From: an uncultured Acidimicrobiales bacterium
Lineage (GTDB): Bacteria; Actinomycetota; Acidimicrobiia; Acidimicrobiales; Bin134
DNA length: 64,000 nt
Direction: 5' to 3'
Assembly: GCA_951813325.1 (NCBI GenBank)
Contig: OX638350.1
Location: forward strand, 853,029-917,028
Below are positions 62,396-64,000 of this stretch, one piece after another. A program made the translations under genes and the position numbers. The notes below the pieces were generated by a model that worked only from the letters and a program-made list of their open reading frames with translations, searched no databases and was not told where the DNA came from. Each line of letters opens with the position of its first letter. Position 1 is the first letter of the stretch.

Positions 62396-62418
62396 GGCCG
62401 CAGGGTAGCGCGGCCCGG

Positions 62419-64000
<1,582 letters not shown>

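Overview
GC-rich, densely coding segment that looks like an actinobacterial chromosome (roughly two-thirds G+C by eye, not computed). I can support about 70 genes. All family calls come from reading motifs in the translations. No database search, HMM or fold prediction was run.

Layout:
- 0-5.2 kb: sulfate-activation block. Two tandem IMPase/CysQ-like phosphatases (the first runs off the left edge and is missing from the ORF track), a fused sat-cysC, and a divergent SLC13-type permease.
- 5.3-8.9 kb: accessory patch. An intact IS5-family element (19-bp perfect inverted repeats, TAA target duplication), hipBA, and a gene-poor 0.8 kb holding a 168-bp MITE-like element.
- 9-62 kb: a lipid/steroid-type catabolic supercluster. 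It holds 9 SDRs, 2 crotonases, 2 acyl-CoA synthetases, 3 family-III CoA-transferases, a thiolase-like/DUF35 pair, an ipdA/ipdB/ipdC-like CoA-transferase plus flavin reductase trio, and two tandem acyl-CoA dehydrogenase pairs.
- Other genes scattered through this region: P450, methyltransferases, photolyase, VOC proteins, lipoproteins, two phosphatases, and three Phd/YefM-VapC modules.

The locus that most resembles an unexplained system is a visibly lower-GC 3.3-kb island at 18.3-21.6 kb. It carries a Dam-family adenine methyltransferase, a NotI-fold nuclease and a 346-aa orphan on one strand, with no mobility gene.

Other points worth follow-up:
- an SNF2/DEAH helicase that starts at 62419, runs off the right edge and is absent from the ORF track;
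- a strikingly A/T-rich MFS gene wedged inside a GC-rich operon (34.2-35.5 kb);
- a pair of paralogous 4-Cys lipoproteins, one fused to cyclophilin.

I saw no rRNA, tRNA or CRISPR array. Many long ORFs in the track are antisense shadows or N-terminal over-extensions typical of high-GC DNA. I trimmed starts where an internal start with an SD-like sequence or a stop/start overlap was evident.
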